Shown: positions 1-22,115 of the stretch, piece by piece
How the letters are laid out: the number at the start of each line of letters is the position of its first letter
Numbering within the stretch: position 1 is the stretch's first letter
DNA from: Salpingoeca rosetta
Taxonomy: Eukaryota > Protista > Choanoflagellata
Length of the DNA stretch: 64,000 bases
Reading direction: 5' to 3'
Assembly (NCBI GenBank): GCA_033442325.1
Contig: JAWQFM010000034.1
Span: forward strand, 544,556 to 608,555
Program-made: the position numbers and the translations under genes
Notes under the pieces: model-generated
The model's database searches: none
Told to the model about the DNA's origin: nothing
The model's input: only the letters and a program-made list of their open reading frames with translations

Positions 1-1232
<1,232 letters not shown>

Positions 1233-1776
1233 CACTATTGTGTGTTTGGCCTGTGTGCACTTGTCTGATATGTCGTTCAACTTACATTAGTTTTGCGTCT
1301 CAACAGTTCAATTTTCGCGTTTCTTTCTCTTATCATCCCCCCCCCCTCTGTTTCTTAATTCAGCGAAGCTGCTGCACGTTTCTCGTTTTCGCTCTCTTCC
1401 GCCCGCTTGCAGTGTTATCATGTTTTTTAAGGGGTGTGCTTCATTGTCAGAGTAACGAGCAAAGCAGGTTTCCACCACTCAAGAAGAGCTATGTAAGTAA
1501 GCAGCAACCTTAACGACGACCACAACGACTACACGTGTCTAAGACACGAGGGCTAGCTTCCTCACAAGACACACAAGACAAACCAACAACACACACTGAT
1601 GGAAACCACCCACCTCAGCTGCCTAAGTGAAGCAAGCAGTATGCCGAGACGCATAGGAACAAGAGCGAGCACAGGAACACACACCACACGTGTGTGTGCT
1701 GTACGCGCGTGTGTGCACGTATGTGCACGTGTGTGTGTGTGTGTGTGTGTGCATGTGCGTGTGTATTGGGAGGATG

Positions 1777-1964
1777 TCACTCCAGGGGCTCAGGGGTTGA
1801 GAGCGAGGCGCCGTCCTGTTGATCGAGGACAAAGCAGCAGCGGGCACCACATGAGCAAAGCAGCAGCGGGCATCGTGGATGTGTGATATGGCGGACATTT
1901 CGAAGCCAACACTCACACAGAGACAAAGAGAACCACCAAAACTATATCACACACACAACACACC

Positions 1965-2023
<59 letters not shown>

Positions 2024-2446
2024 CGTTGTAGATGATGTTGAGTTCAGATCCCATCGCTGGCCCGCGCAACGCTTGATTGGCTGCACTCAGCAGCGACGAC
2101 GACGACGATGATGATGACCGAGACCCGCCTCCAGATAGGAGACCAAGCGCCGCCTCCCGCTCTCGCATGCGCTCGTGCTTGACGTCAAGGTCGTGGATTG
2201 CCTGCAGGCACTGGAGGTAGGACTCGCGGCACGTGCGGTCGCCACAAGGAACAGGATACCTGCAGGCATTGTATGTGTGTATGTGTGTGTGTGTGAGGAG
2301 CATGTGAGGCACACGCGGATGTGGGCAGCAATTGACGAAATGGTGCATTTGCAGTCCAATCTACTTCACTTCCAGACAGACAGACAGACACACACACACA
2401 CAGACACACAAGCGGGCGCACACACACGCACATATTCACAAATACG

Positions 2447-2480
<34 letters not shown>

Positions 2481-2782
2481 CAACTGAACACAACGGCACA
2501 CCTGTCGTCTTCACAAGGTCCTTGGTACTGGCTCCTGACGCAATGCGAGACAAAGGGGATGTTGTAGTTGTTGCGCGCGTGTCCGGGGCAGTGCCCAAAG
2601 TCCTTGACGGTCCGCTCAAGATTCATGAGCGCAGCCATGACCTGAATTGGAAGGGAGCAAGAGGCGGGGGGGGCAGTGTCAATGGTGTTCAGGGTGATTG
2701 TTGGTGCGGGTGTTGTTGGTGTTGGGTCGAGAGCGCGTGCTCGTGAGATGGACACGAAGACAGTGACTCTTCCGCTTCAAAC

Positions 2783-2818
<36 letters not shown>

Positions 2819-2844
2819 CACACACAGACACACACACACACACA

Positions 2845-2879
<35 letters not shown>

Positions 2880-3625
2880 GGTACGCCATGGGCACGAGCT
2901 TGGTCAAGTCAATGTCCTTCGTGTCGTAATCAATGTACACGAGACGGCCGGAGCGAAACGCAATGTTCCACGGCGCCATATCCTCATACACACCCATGCC
3001 GAGCAACAGGTCGTAAAACCTGTTCTTGATCTCCGACAGCAGGTTCAGCCGCAGCAGCGCAATGAGCGTGACTGCATCCACAGTCTCGTATGGAATGCGG
3101 AACTTGTCCTTGTCGCGAACGAGATACACGCGCCAGTCTGATCGTGTTGTTGACACGCAGTGCTGCTGGTACTTGCGCTGGTGCCCATCGAGCCTGCAGG
3201 CAACGCCGCCGCATGGGAATTGGTGGTGGTGGTGGTGTGAGTGGTGGTGGTGAGAGTGTTGGTAGTGGTGGTGGTGTGAGTGTTGGTGGTGAGTTATTGA
3301 TGGTGGCGGTGGTGATGGTGATTGGTGGTGGCGGTGGAGAGAGATTTGCAGTGGAATGTGGTTGGTTACGGTGCAATGCGGGCAAAGAGACAACCGCTTC
3401 CACGCAATGCGTGTGATGGATGATGTACGTACTGGTATTCAAAGTGGTGGTCGACTTGGTGGCTGGAGTTGCGGAGATCAATGCGGACAAGTGTCCACGA
3501 GTATTTGCCGGCATCAGACGGTGGCGCCACGACCACAGAGGACGCGATGCGGACCGATGTCTCCTCGTGCATCACGAGCCCGTCAACTAGGGGTGGGGTT
3601 GTGTGTGTGTGTGTGTGCGTGTGTG

Positions 3626-3657
<32 letters not shown>

Positions 3658-3774
3658 AGGGTAAGCGGGATTATGCGCGCGTGTGCTTGTGTTCGTTGCT
3701 CATGCAAAGGTAACGACAGGCAAGAAAGGGCATTTCACGAAACACACACACACACACACGCACAAGCACACACA

Positions 3775-3805
<31 letters not shown>

Positions 3806-4663
3806 CACAACACACACACCACAACACACACACACACACTACAACACACACATAACCGAGTCGTCATGCGACCGCACCGATGCTCTGCTGCACGCCCATG
3901 GAGAAGTGGGGGCTGGGGTGGTCATCGAGCGAATATGTGATGTCGTCACCCGTGTACACGCCGCGGAGGTTGGGGTAGAACACCATCAGCGCAGCAGACA
4001 CAATGGCAGGGGAGGGAAGCTGGCGATGGTGGTGGTGGTGGTGGTGGTGGTGGTGGTGGTGGTGTCCGTGGGTGTGAGTGACAACGAACACGAGCGTCAA
4101 ATGGATGCGCAAAAACACACATATTCACACATTCACATTCACACACACACACACACACTTCACACACCTGGACGAATGTTGTGACGGCGTTTGCGATCAT
4201 GATGCCAAAAGTGCGGCCGTATTCGCTTCGGCTCAGGTACTGCGACGACGATTGCGACCACAGATCACGCAGGTGGCGCCAGCTCACAAACTGGAGAAGT
4301 TTGGGGGGAGGGAGGCGGTGGAAGGAGTTGGAAGGAGTTGGAAGGGGTTGTGCATCGTGAGAATGGACAGGATCGACTAGAAGTCATGATACACACAATA
4401 CATACCATACACGCGCGCGCACACACACACACACATATATACACACATACATACGTACACACAAGACCCAAGCCACGTGTAATCACCACAGCAAACGCAG
4501 AAGCAGCACCTGGTATCTGAAGAATTCCGGGGACTTGTAGAACTTGAGCATTGTGCTGCGATCTGTGGGCATGCGTCCCACAATGTTGTTAAACGCCTTT
4601 CGACGTTTAATTTCGCTCCAGTGCCGGTGCGCTTCCTCATTCGACGACTCAAACGACAGCACC

Positions 4664-4715
<52 letters not shown>

Positions 4716-4839
4716 GGTCATGTGAGCGGGGGACACGAGGTGTGTGTTGTGACTCATGATGATCGACTGCCTGGTGACAATCACCTGATGTGCAACACAG
4801 CAGAGAACACACGCCCAAACAAAACAAAAGGAAAGGTGA

Positions 4840-4871
<32 letters not shown>

Positions 4872-5066
4872 TCAGCCTTTGTCCCCCACAACCAAGACCC
4901 CACCGTGCTGTTTGGCCATGTTGCTGCCACGGCCGTGCTGATGTTTCCAGCGCCGGATCCCCATTCCACGAACGAAAACGGCATGTCGAGCTGGTCACGC
5001 AGCACCTGCAGCAGCCCGTCCACGTCAAACGCACTCTCCTCCATGGCAGACTCTGTGCGTGCGTGT

Positions 5067-5115
<49 letters not shown>

Positions 5116-8100
5116 CGTGCATGAATGGTATTGCGTGTTCACGTGCGTGTGGAAATCGAAGATTCAAACACAATGAAAGCCAGCAAGCAATGCATTTGAA
5201 CAGAACACACGTGCGCGCACAACACATACACCTACCCTCCCTCCTTCCCCCCCCACACACACACGCAACGGCAATGGCACATTGCTGTCGTGTGCGTGCA
5301 GCAGCCAACCTGACCAACCTTGCTTGCGTTTGGTGCTGTGTGGGCAGTCCTGGGTGAGGGAGCAGTAGCGAAGCCCGTGGCCGTCGAGTACAAAGTTGAT
5401 TGGGCACACGTCGGACTGCACCGTGCCTGCAAGCATCGCCGCAAAGAGGCGTGCGCGCGTTGCTGGGCGGATGGGGAGTGCGAGCATGTAGCTCAGGCTC
5501 ACGGTGTGGTGGGCACGGGGCACCGCCACGCGGCCCGCAGACTCCTGCTTCTCCTTGGACAGCGTCACCGTCTCGCCCATGTGCAGCGTGAACGGCGGTT
5601 GCTTGCAGGCATGCACTTGTCGCTGCGCCTGCAGCAGTTGCACGTGGATCAGCACGTGTTCCGGGTTGGCCGTTGGCGCGCGCGATCCTGCACAAGCGAA
5701 TGCGACGTATGTTGTGTGTGTGTATGTGTTGTGGTGTGGTGTGTGTGTGTGTGTGTGTGGTGGGTGGTGTTGTGGTGTGTTTGTGTGTTTGTGTGTTGTG
5801 GCGTGTGTGTGTTGTGGTGTGGTGTGAGTGTGTGTTGTGTGCATGCGTAAGTGCGTGTGCATGTGTTTGCATGTGACATGTGATGTGCGAGCGAAATGAA
5901 CAGAAACTTCCTCAACCGCCACCACCACATTACCATGACCAGCCAACAATGGCACATCTCTTCCACCCCACACCCACTTCCCCAACTCTCAACCCCATCC
6001 TCTCCCTCTTCTCACAGCAACCCACGCACGGTCAGTGAGGAAGTTAATTTGAAACTCCGTGATGCCCACGGCCTCCAGCGACACGCGAACAAGTCCTTGC
6101 AGCTGTCCTTTCAGCGTCGTCACTTCCTCTGCGCTGAGCGCAGCCATGCATGCAAGCAACACCTGCGGGTCGACGGGCTCGAGGTATGTGTGCTCCGCCA
6201 TGGCGAGCAGGCGCCCAAGGTAGGCCGGGTAGGACTTGTCCAGCACAGGAATCTGCTCAAACACTTCGCGCCCGAGGAATTGGAACTTGAATGCCTGCGG
6301 GACGGAGGACAGCGAGAGGACAGTTGCCCCATCCAAGTGGGCGGGGACCACGTGCGTGTTGGAGAGCCGGAGCGAGTGCACCATGCTCATCACGCGCGAG
6401 AAGAACGGAGCGCTGTCAACGGTGGGCACAATCGCCACCACGGTGCTGTTGCTCCAGAACCGGGCAACCTTGACGCCGAGCAGCGACATTACCCGTCCAT
6501 AGACCTGGATGTTAAACGCCTCGTGTGCAAACGGAAGCGCGTTTTGCTGGCGCGCGTGACCGGCGCGTGCGTCCGCATCAAACGCGCTGACGGCCGATGT
6601 GCGGGCAATGCGTTTCATGCTGTCGCGAATCAGCGTCCAAAACGCGTCGTACCGCTTCTGCACGTGGCCGTGGCTGGTCAGGCCGCTGTCGCTTACAAGC
6701 AGCTGCCTGCCGTGTCGGCTGTGCTGGTACTCGTCATACTCATCACCGTCTTCACCGCCATCAGCACCAGCGTTCGCATTCCTCAGTGGTGGTGCATCAT
6801 CATCGTCATCAGCACGACCATCGCGTATCTTGTTACCACGCTTTAGTCCCCGTTCAATCAAGCGTCGTCGCATTGCTCGCAGGGCCGCCTGGGGATCATC
6901 ATCTTCATCATCATCAGCAGCGGCAACACCGTCACCTCCGCCATCTTTGCCAGCGCCAAACGCCTGCTGCCAAGGCCGCTGTTGTTGTTGCTGCTGTTGT
7001 TGTTCCTGCTGCGCCTGTAGCTGTTGGTCATTGTCACTGCTGTCGCTTCCTTGCTGCGTCTGTGCACCAGCATCGTCAGCAGTGCCGTCACCACCATCAG
7101 CACCATCTTTGTTCTGCAGTTCGAGCAGGGCAGTCATGTCTGCGCTGTCCACGAATTCGACATTCGCTGCGCCCTCGTACTCGTAGTCAACACTCCCACC
7201 CCGCATCCATCCAGCCAAACCACCACCGCCGCCACCACCACCACCACCACCAGCAATGTGACCACCACCACCATCACCACCATCACCATGAGCACCATCA
7301 CGGTGGGTACCACCACCACCACCACCGCCGCCGCGGCCAGGGGTGTGCATGCCTGCTGCTGCTGATGCCGCTGCAACCTGCGACCACACCGTTCCGCGAA
7401 AGGCAAACGACGTGTGCGGAATGTCAACAAAGACAGGGCCGACGCTGGCGACGGCAACGACGCCGTTAGGGTGGCCCAGGGGGTCCAGGTCCTGCAGAAT
7501 GATGCTTGCAGGCAACACGAGGCTGAGGACGCGGAAGAGCGCAGCCTTGCTTGTGCCCTCCATCCCCATCTCCACCAGCGTGTGCACGGGGAGATACGGG
7601 ATTTGGTACAGCGGGATGCGCAGCACGAGCGGGCGGGACGGTGTTGGCGGCTGTGACGTTGATGATGCCGATGCACTTGACTTGTCGCTGTCAGCGTTGC
7701 TATTGGCGTTGCTGTCGGCGTTGCGGTTGCCTGTACTCTGCTCCGCTGCCCCATTGCCATCACCACCATCACCATATTCGCCATCACCATTGTCAGCATT
7801 GGAGTCACCACCACCGGCCCCCACCTCACTATCTTGCTGCTGTTCCTGCTCTTGCTGCTGCTGCTGCTGGTCACTCTTCTTCTCTGGCATGGGTGGGGTG
7901 ATGCGGACCAGGTGTCCGATACTGACGTCATCATCGTCACGCTGCGATTGCACCCCACCCATCATCATGATGTAATCATCATCCTCCTCCTCTGCCTCGG
8001 CCGTGTCTTCCTCCTCTTCTCCGTTGCCTTGCTGGAGTGGTTGCTGCTTCTTGTTACTTCTGCTCTGTGTTGTCCTCTCATGTGCATCCATGTGCTCTCG

Positions 8101-10516
8101 CACCGTCAACACCTGTTGCGTCATGTGTTGGTTGTGTGTGTGTGTGTGCGTGTGCGTGCATGTGTGTGTGTGTGTGTGTATGTGTGTGTGTGTGTGTGTA
8201 CAAAGCAAACGTGATCAAACAAGTACATGATCACCACGACAATGAAGGGGCAAGCAAAGGTACAACCACCATCACCACAACCACCATCACCACCTGCGCC
8301 ACTGCCACTGCTCACTCACCGTTGGCTCGGCCGGGTTTGAGGTGCGCGCAATGTGACACGAGACAGCGTCGACGTCGTCCCAGTCATCCTGGAGGTGCGG
8401 CCGAAATATCCGCAAGATGTACGCGCACACGCCCGCAGCGAGGCGACGTACTCCGCTGCTCGCACGGTGAAAGGGGGGGGGGTCAATGGGGCATGGGAAG
8501 GAGAGAAGGGTGAGCAGGCGGAAGAGAGGGGACTTGAGAGATGCACAAATACATGCGAGAGAGAGAGACAGACAGAGACAGAGACAGACACACACACACA
8601 CAGACACACACACAGAGGGGCGAGAGACACACACACACACGCATAGACATCCATACATGGGTATGCACACATATCCACACATGGATATGCACGCACACAC
8701 AGACACATAAGCACGCAAGCACACGCATACACACACGCCCATGTGCCGCACCGGGTGAGCTGCGTTTCGAGGACGCCACCACCGACATCCATGATGGAGG
8801 AGGTGACGTGTGCAAGGCGCATGGCACGGGCCAGTAGCTGGTGGCGGCTGGACCAATAGGACAGGAAGGACAGTCCGTCTGGGGTGGACGCAGGCGGCAG
8901 CAGCAAGCGCGGACTCAGCAAGAGGGCGTGGCCAAGGAGGAGCTCCAATTCGTGCGGCAGATGCGTTTCGGTGAACAGATCCAAATTGCTCACCGCAATC
9001 GCAGACACGTGCATCTAACAGTCAAGTGTGTGTTATGTGTGTGTGTTGTGTGTGTTATGTGTGTCATATGTTGTGTGTGTGTTATGTGTGCAATGAGCGT
9101 GCACGTGACGAAAGGAAAGTGCCACAAACGACAACACACACACACACACACACTCACAAACACACACACACACACACACTCACAAACACACACACACACA
9201 CACAAACGCACACACACACACGCACGACTCACATCTCCCCCTGCCCCCCCCCACACACACACACATGCGCACCTGCGGGTTGTCGACTGCGTCGGTGATA
9301 AAGGCGGCGATATCGTCCTGAACACACACAATCGGGCGAACAGCGGCAGCGAGGTGCCGGATGGACCACAGATACGCGCGCGCGAACGACGACGGAATAA
9401 TGGTGACGATGGAGACACCGTGCTCCTCAGCAAGCGCGCGTGCAACCTGGCCCGTGCCCACCTCCACCACGGTGCCGTCGCGCGCGTGCTGCAGCAGCTG
9501 GCGTGTGAGGGCAGCGAGGATGGACCTGGGCAGGTGGTAGGTCGTCTCCATCGTCTCCAGCGCTTCTCGGACGGCCGCGGTCGGGACGGTGCTCGTGGCG
9601 AAGGCATCGTCGCTCGTGTCTGTGTGTGTATATGAGAGAGAGTGTGTGTGTTTATGTGTGTGAGTGTGTGTTTATGAGTGCGTGTGTGTGTTTGCATGCG
9701 TGTGTTTGCGCGCGCACATGTGTGTGTCTCTCTCTGCCTAACTTGCTGACTCTCCGCCTTTGTCATCCTCTCCCCCCCCCCTCTCTCTGTCTCCTTCACC
9801 CGAGCACCAATCACCCCCCTTCCCCCCTCCGTCATCACCACGACTGACCGCCAGCGAGGATGGAGCGGAGGTAGTCGTATGGGTTGATGTACACGAGGTC
9901 CGGGTCCTGTCCGACGCGTTCGGCCGCCGCGCGCAACCGCTCGTCTTCGTCCTGGCGCTGGCGATCCAGCTCACGTGCACTCGCGTGGTCACGCAGGAAC
10001 ACAGCTGGTGGTGGTGGTGGTCGTGGGAAGATGATGGTGGTGTGAGGATGATGGTGGCAGGGGTGGTGGTGGTCGTCGTCGTGTGAAGATGATGGTGGTG
10101 TGAGGATGATGGTGGCAGGGGTGGTGGTGGTCGTCGTCGTGTGAAGATGATGGTGGTGTGAGGATGGTGCCATGATGCTGAGTGGTGGCGGTGGTGGTGT
10201 CATGACGGTGACAGGCTAACTTTCGAAGCAACGTGACAAACGTGAGCAGGGATCACTGCCTGCATGCGTGCATGTATGCAGGCAAGCACGTACCACGTGC
10301 CACGCCCTCCCTTCCCCAACTCTGCCTCACCTTCGTGATCTGGCGTTGGCAGTGGAATGCGTTGCTGCCTGCCTTCCTCCTCCTCCTTTGCGTACATGTG
10401 TTCAAACGCGGATATGTCCGAGAACACGCGACGCCGCAAATGCCATCGCTGCACATGCGCATACGAGTGCGTGTATGTGTGTGTGTGCGTGTGTGTGAGA
10501 GTGTGTGTGTGTGTGC

Positions 10517-10562
<46 letters not shown>

Positions 10563-10787
10563 TTGGGGATTTGTTTGTGTGAGACAACATGTGGATTTGT
10601 TTGCGTGAGTGAGAGAATGGGTGTATTTGCATGTTCATGTGCGTGAGCTGCATCGCATGCTCATGTGCATGACTGAATTCATGCGAACGGAAGAGGCTCA
10701 TCGTGCATGCACGTGTCAACAACAACAACAACAACTGAAACAACAACAACAACAACAACTTAAACAACTTAAACAACTTAAACAACT

Positions 10788-10821
<34 letters not shown>

Positions 10822-11905
10822 CTTAAACAACAACAACTTAAACAACAACAACTTAAACAACAACAACAACAACAACCTGTCCTCCCTCAAACAAACACCG
10901 CAAGAGCGCCTCTCACCGTCTCTGCAGATCGCTGCCGCAGCTGCTCTGCTCGTTCCTCTGAGCTCAACACGTGCCCGTGTCCGTGCGCGTGATGCAGCTC
11001 GCCATCTCGCGTGTCACCACCACCGCCATCGCCGTCACCATCACCCCTTCCTCTTCGCTGTGCAGTACTGTCAGCGGCATCATCGTCGTCATCAGCAGCG
11101 CCATCCAGCACACCCGCACGCCGCCGCGATGATGGCTTGCTGTTGCGGCTGCGACCTGGCCTGTGGAACGATGATGAGGCGGCACCGGCACCGTCGCGTT
11201 GGCGATCGCCACGTCCACCAGCACCAGCATCAGCACCAGCGCCATCATCGCCATACCCGTCCTCTTCGTCCTGCTTCTCGTAAGCTTGCTCGTCGCCACG
11301 CGCGCTGCGGTGCTTGGCCGCGTCCCGCAAGCGCGGCGGGCTGCGGCTCTGCTTGTCAGCGCCGTCAATCTTTGTCTCTGTGAGCTGTCGCAGTCGCTCC
11401 AGAGCATCGTCCAGACGGCCCGCAACCGCATCGTCATCGTCGTCACGAACCACAGGCGCGGCAAGCACGCTCGCAGACACTGACACATGCGTGTGTGTGC
11501 ATGTGTGTGTGCGTGCGTGCGTGTGAGTGAGTGTGCGTGTGTGTGCGTGTGTGTGTGTGTGTAAGAGGAGCAGTGATGAGTGAGTGATTGTGCAAGACGC
11601 AGTGAGCGTGTTCTTTGTGTGTGCGTGTGAGACTGCAAGCGGGTGCACTGCGTGCTTGCTTGCAACCCTTGCCGCAGCCACAAACGCAAGCGCGCGCCAG
11701 CATACAAGTTTTTCAGGTGTGTTCTCATCGTAGCAGCACACCTTCAAGTTCACACACGCACACAGAAGCAAGACGACATTGTGCACACTCACTCACCAAG
11801 ACACATGGCGAGAAGAACGGCCATGGTGAACGTCCACACTCTGCGCTGGTTGCCTGCGCTTGTGCCATGACAGCAGCGCCGCTGCGCCAACAGCACTGAC
11901 GCCAT
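1777..11905 (-). CDS. Large multi-exon secretory-pathway protein with three degenerate SAM-methyltransferase-like plus atypical-kinase-like modules (WbdD-like)
   Basis: About 18 exons that can mostly be joined in frame through GT-AG introns. Approximate exons: 11905-11797, 11479-10917, 10448-10331, 10004-9849, 9618-9273, 9015-8741, 8457-8319, 8112-6030, 5687-5320, 5050-4904, 4661-4511, 4290-4168, 4019-3879, 3586-3432, 3193-2878, 2641-2502, 2259-2022, 1815-1777. The N-terminus has a hydrophobic segment ([21 protein letters not shown]). Motifs include FVEWGSGAG and [22 protein letters not shown], with a Cys-rich C-terminus. Confidence 0.75.
10027..10165. repeat. 58 bp intronic tandem repeat, about 2.4 copies
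   Basis: The unit gaagatgatggtggtgtgaggatg... starts at 10027, 10085 and 10143. Confidence 0.9.
10717..10876. repeat. (CAA)n tract punctuated by CTTAAA, intronic
   Basis: Directly visible; lies in the minus-strand intron between exons at about 10917 and 10448. Confidence 0.9.
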
Positions 11906-12536
11906 CGTTCGAGTCTCCAGCCGCAGGCAGGACTTGGCTGGCTGGCTGGCGCTGTGGCTCACTCGCCTGCTTCCTCACTGCACCCAATCTCCACACCACA
12001 CAACGCACCCAGACTGGCACAGCGCAACCAGATTGGCACAGAGCAGAAGCCAACAAGCAAGCAAGCAAGCAAGCAAGCAAAGTCGTTCCGTGTGTGTGTG
12101 TTGGCAGTTGTTTTCGTGTCTTGCTTGCTGAAAAGTGGCTGGAAACATGGCCATTTTTCCGTTTCTCCATCCGCGACTGACCACAAGGAACAAGGAGGAA
12201 GATGGTGAGTGTGTCAGCGAGAGTGTGTGGAGCGAGAGAGTGTGTGTGTGGGTGTGTCAGCGATGTCTGGCCATGCATGGGGGATCCAGCGATCTGTACA
12301 GTGTCGCTGGCTGCGGGATCAAGCGTGCGCATGTGGTGGATGTGTATGTAAGATCATGTGTGTGTGTGTATGTCCTTGCTTGCGATTCCTAACTCCCTTC
12401 CTCACTCACGCGCCGATTCCTCGTGTGCTGTCGTTGCGTGATCTCGCGTGTGTCTGCACATGTCATCATCGCACATGACATCGCGTTGCCTTGCTCGCTT
12501 TTCCTTCTTGGGGTGAAGGATGCGATTACGTCGACG
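11906..12536. promoter_or_regulatory. Putative bidirectional promoter region between divergent genes
   Basis: Head-to-head ATGs at 11905 (-) and 12537 (+); contains a (GCAA)n run at about 12052-12080. Confidence 0.45.
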
Positions 12537-16147
<3,611 letters not shown>

Positions 16148-16736
16148 TCATAGCACACGCTCACATGCACACATGCACACGTGCACACTTGGTGATGATG
16201 CTTCCACAGTGCTTGCTTGCTTGATGGCGTAAACGCTTTGCCTTTGAGGTGAGTAAAGAGAGCATGCGGCACACGTAGGCAGAGAGTGTGTGAGCGCGCA
16301 CGCACGCGGCAGCCAAGCGAGCATTCAACAAGCGATCACAACCACACACGCGCGCACATGAACAACATAACTCGTTTCATTTCTCGCAATCGCAAAACAA
16401 AGGCAGCAGCTTTGGAAAGAAAGAAGACGAGAAAAAAAAAGCGAAGAAAGAAGAAGAAGAGGAGAAAGGACAGGTGGGAAGGCATCAGCAACGCTTATGG
16501 CACACGTGCACGCTGATGCGCTGGTGCTGTGATGTCGTGATGTGACAACACTCCCCACGTTGCGATTCTTACTTGCGTGATCTCCCTTCTCTCCATCTCT
16601 TTCCTCTCTTCCGCCTATCGCCATCTCCTTCTACTTCCTCGCATTGCTTCTTGCTTGGGTCTGACGCTGGCTCACCCTGTGCTCCCTGTTGACACGTGCG
16701 TTGTGTTACCCAGCAAGCTGCTCATCGCCAGCAAAG

Positions 16737-20340
<3,604 letters not shown>

Positions 20341-20540
20341 GCAACAGCACCAACACACACCAAACACCACAAACACAACAAACACCAACCAAACACCACA
20401 AACAACACGACTTTTGTTCAGGTTCGATTTCTTGTTGAAATCTTCACTAGTTTTCCAATACTCCAATACAACTGAATTCAGACTTTCCGTTTCTCCCATT
20501 TGCCACAAGAAGCGAAGACAAAAAGGAGAGCACACACACA

Positions 20541-20654
<114 letters not shown>

Positions 20655-20744
20655 CACACGCACACACACATCAGTGGCTGCTTCTTCTCTACCCCCCCCC
20701 CCAACTCCCTTCCGCTTGACGGTCTTGACGGAGTGACAAGCATT

Positions 20745-22024
20745 ATGGCTGAGGCCAACAGCAATGGCGACGCTGCCCACGGCGGCGAAGACTTTTACGC
20801 TCTGCTCAACGTGTCGCGTGATGTGAGTGTGCATGTGTGATGTGTGTGTGTGTGTGTGATGTGTGTGATTCTGTGATGTGACGATGGTGGATGGTGGTGA
20901 TCATGCTGGTGGCGACGGTGTTCTTGTGGAGTGGTGGTGTGTGGAGTGTGACATATCGCTGGCGAACCTCCACCTAACCAGCGCACCTTCCGCACCTGGC
21001 ATTGGTCTCACTCCGTTCCCCTAACCCCTTTCTCCTGACCCCTTTCTCCTCACCACTCACCCCTCTTGTTTTTTTCACTTTGCGACAAACAGGCACGTGT
21101 TGAGGAAATCCGCAGCGCGTACCGGCAGATGTGCATGCTGTACCACCCCGACAAGCACACGGACCCAGCCAAGCAAGAGGTCATTCCGCGCAAAAGCGGG
21201 GCGCTTTAAACCATGCTTGCCTTGAACTCTGTGCACTTGACCTCGGCTCTGTGTGCACTCGTTTCATTGAGTTGGTTGGTTGGCTGCTTGTGTCGATTGC
21301 TCACTTCACATTCCTACCTGCCGCATGTTGTGGCGGGTGCAAATCTCTGCCTTGTCGCTGCGTGCTTCTTTCTCTGCCAACAGCTGGCCCGCGAGATGTT
21401 TCCCAGAATACAGCGCGCCTACGAAGGTGGGATGCACAACGTGCCATCGTTGTGCGGTGCCAGAGCACAGCTTATTCATCGTCCTGGCTTCATTGCCCTG
21501 GCTTCCCTTGTTGCACTCACGTTGCTCTCACATTTGCCCCGCATTGTCCCCACATTATCATCATGACCTCGCACTCACCTTGTTCCACCCTCGCTGCAAC
21601 TCACCCCCCCCCCTCATTATGTTCCTCTTCTTCCCGCCTTTTTTCGTTCCCTTTGTGCTGCTGCAGTGCTGTCTGACGAGCAGCAGCGTGCCGTGTACGA
21701 CATCTACGGAGAATCGGGCCTCACCGCCGGCACCGAGGTGCGTGCACGCACATGCGTGCATCTTGTGCATGTATGGCATGCTGTGTGTTGCCGTAGGTGT
21801 GTCGTGGTGCAACAAGTCTACTGCATGGCATGTGTTGCGTGCTGGTAACTGATGCCCACATTCGCATGTGCTGCTTCTCGTGTATCGTTCTGTTGCTCTG
21901 CATGAACTGCGTGTGGTGCTTTTCCTTCACAGCTTGCGCCCTACTACAACACCGTGGCCGAGGTGAGCACATGTGTGTGTGTGTGTGTGTGTGCGCGCGC
22001 GCGCGTGTGTGTGCGTGTGCTCGA

Positions 22025-22058
<34 letters not shown>

Positions 22059-22078
22059 CGCGTGTGTGCGTGTGCTTG

Positions 22079-22115
<37 letters not shown>

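Noticed and set aside
5896-6846. 316 aa plus-strand ORF
   Set aside because: Antisense to the large exon of the minus-strand gene.
10027-10165. CRISPR-like array
   Set aside because: A simple tandem repeat with no unique spacers and no cas genes, in a eukaryotic intron.
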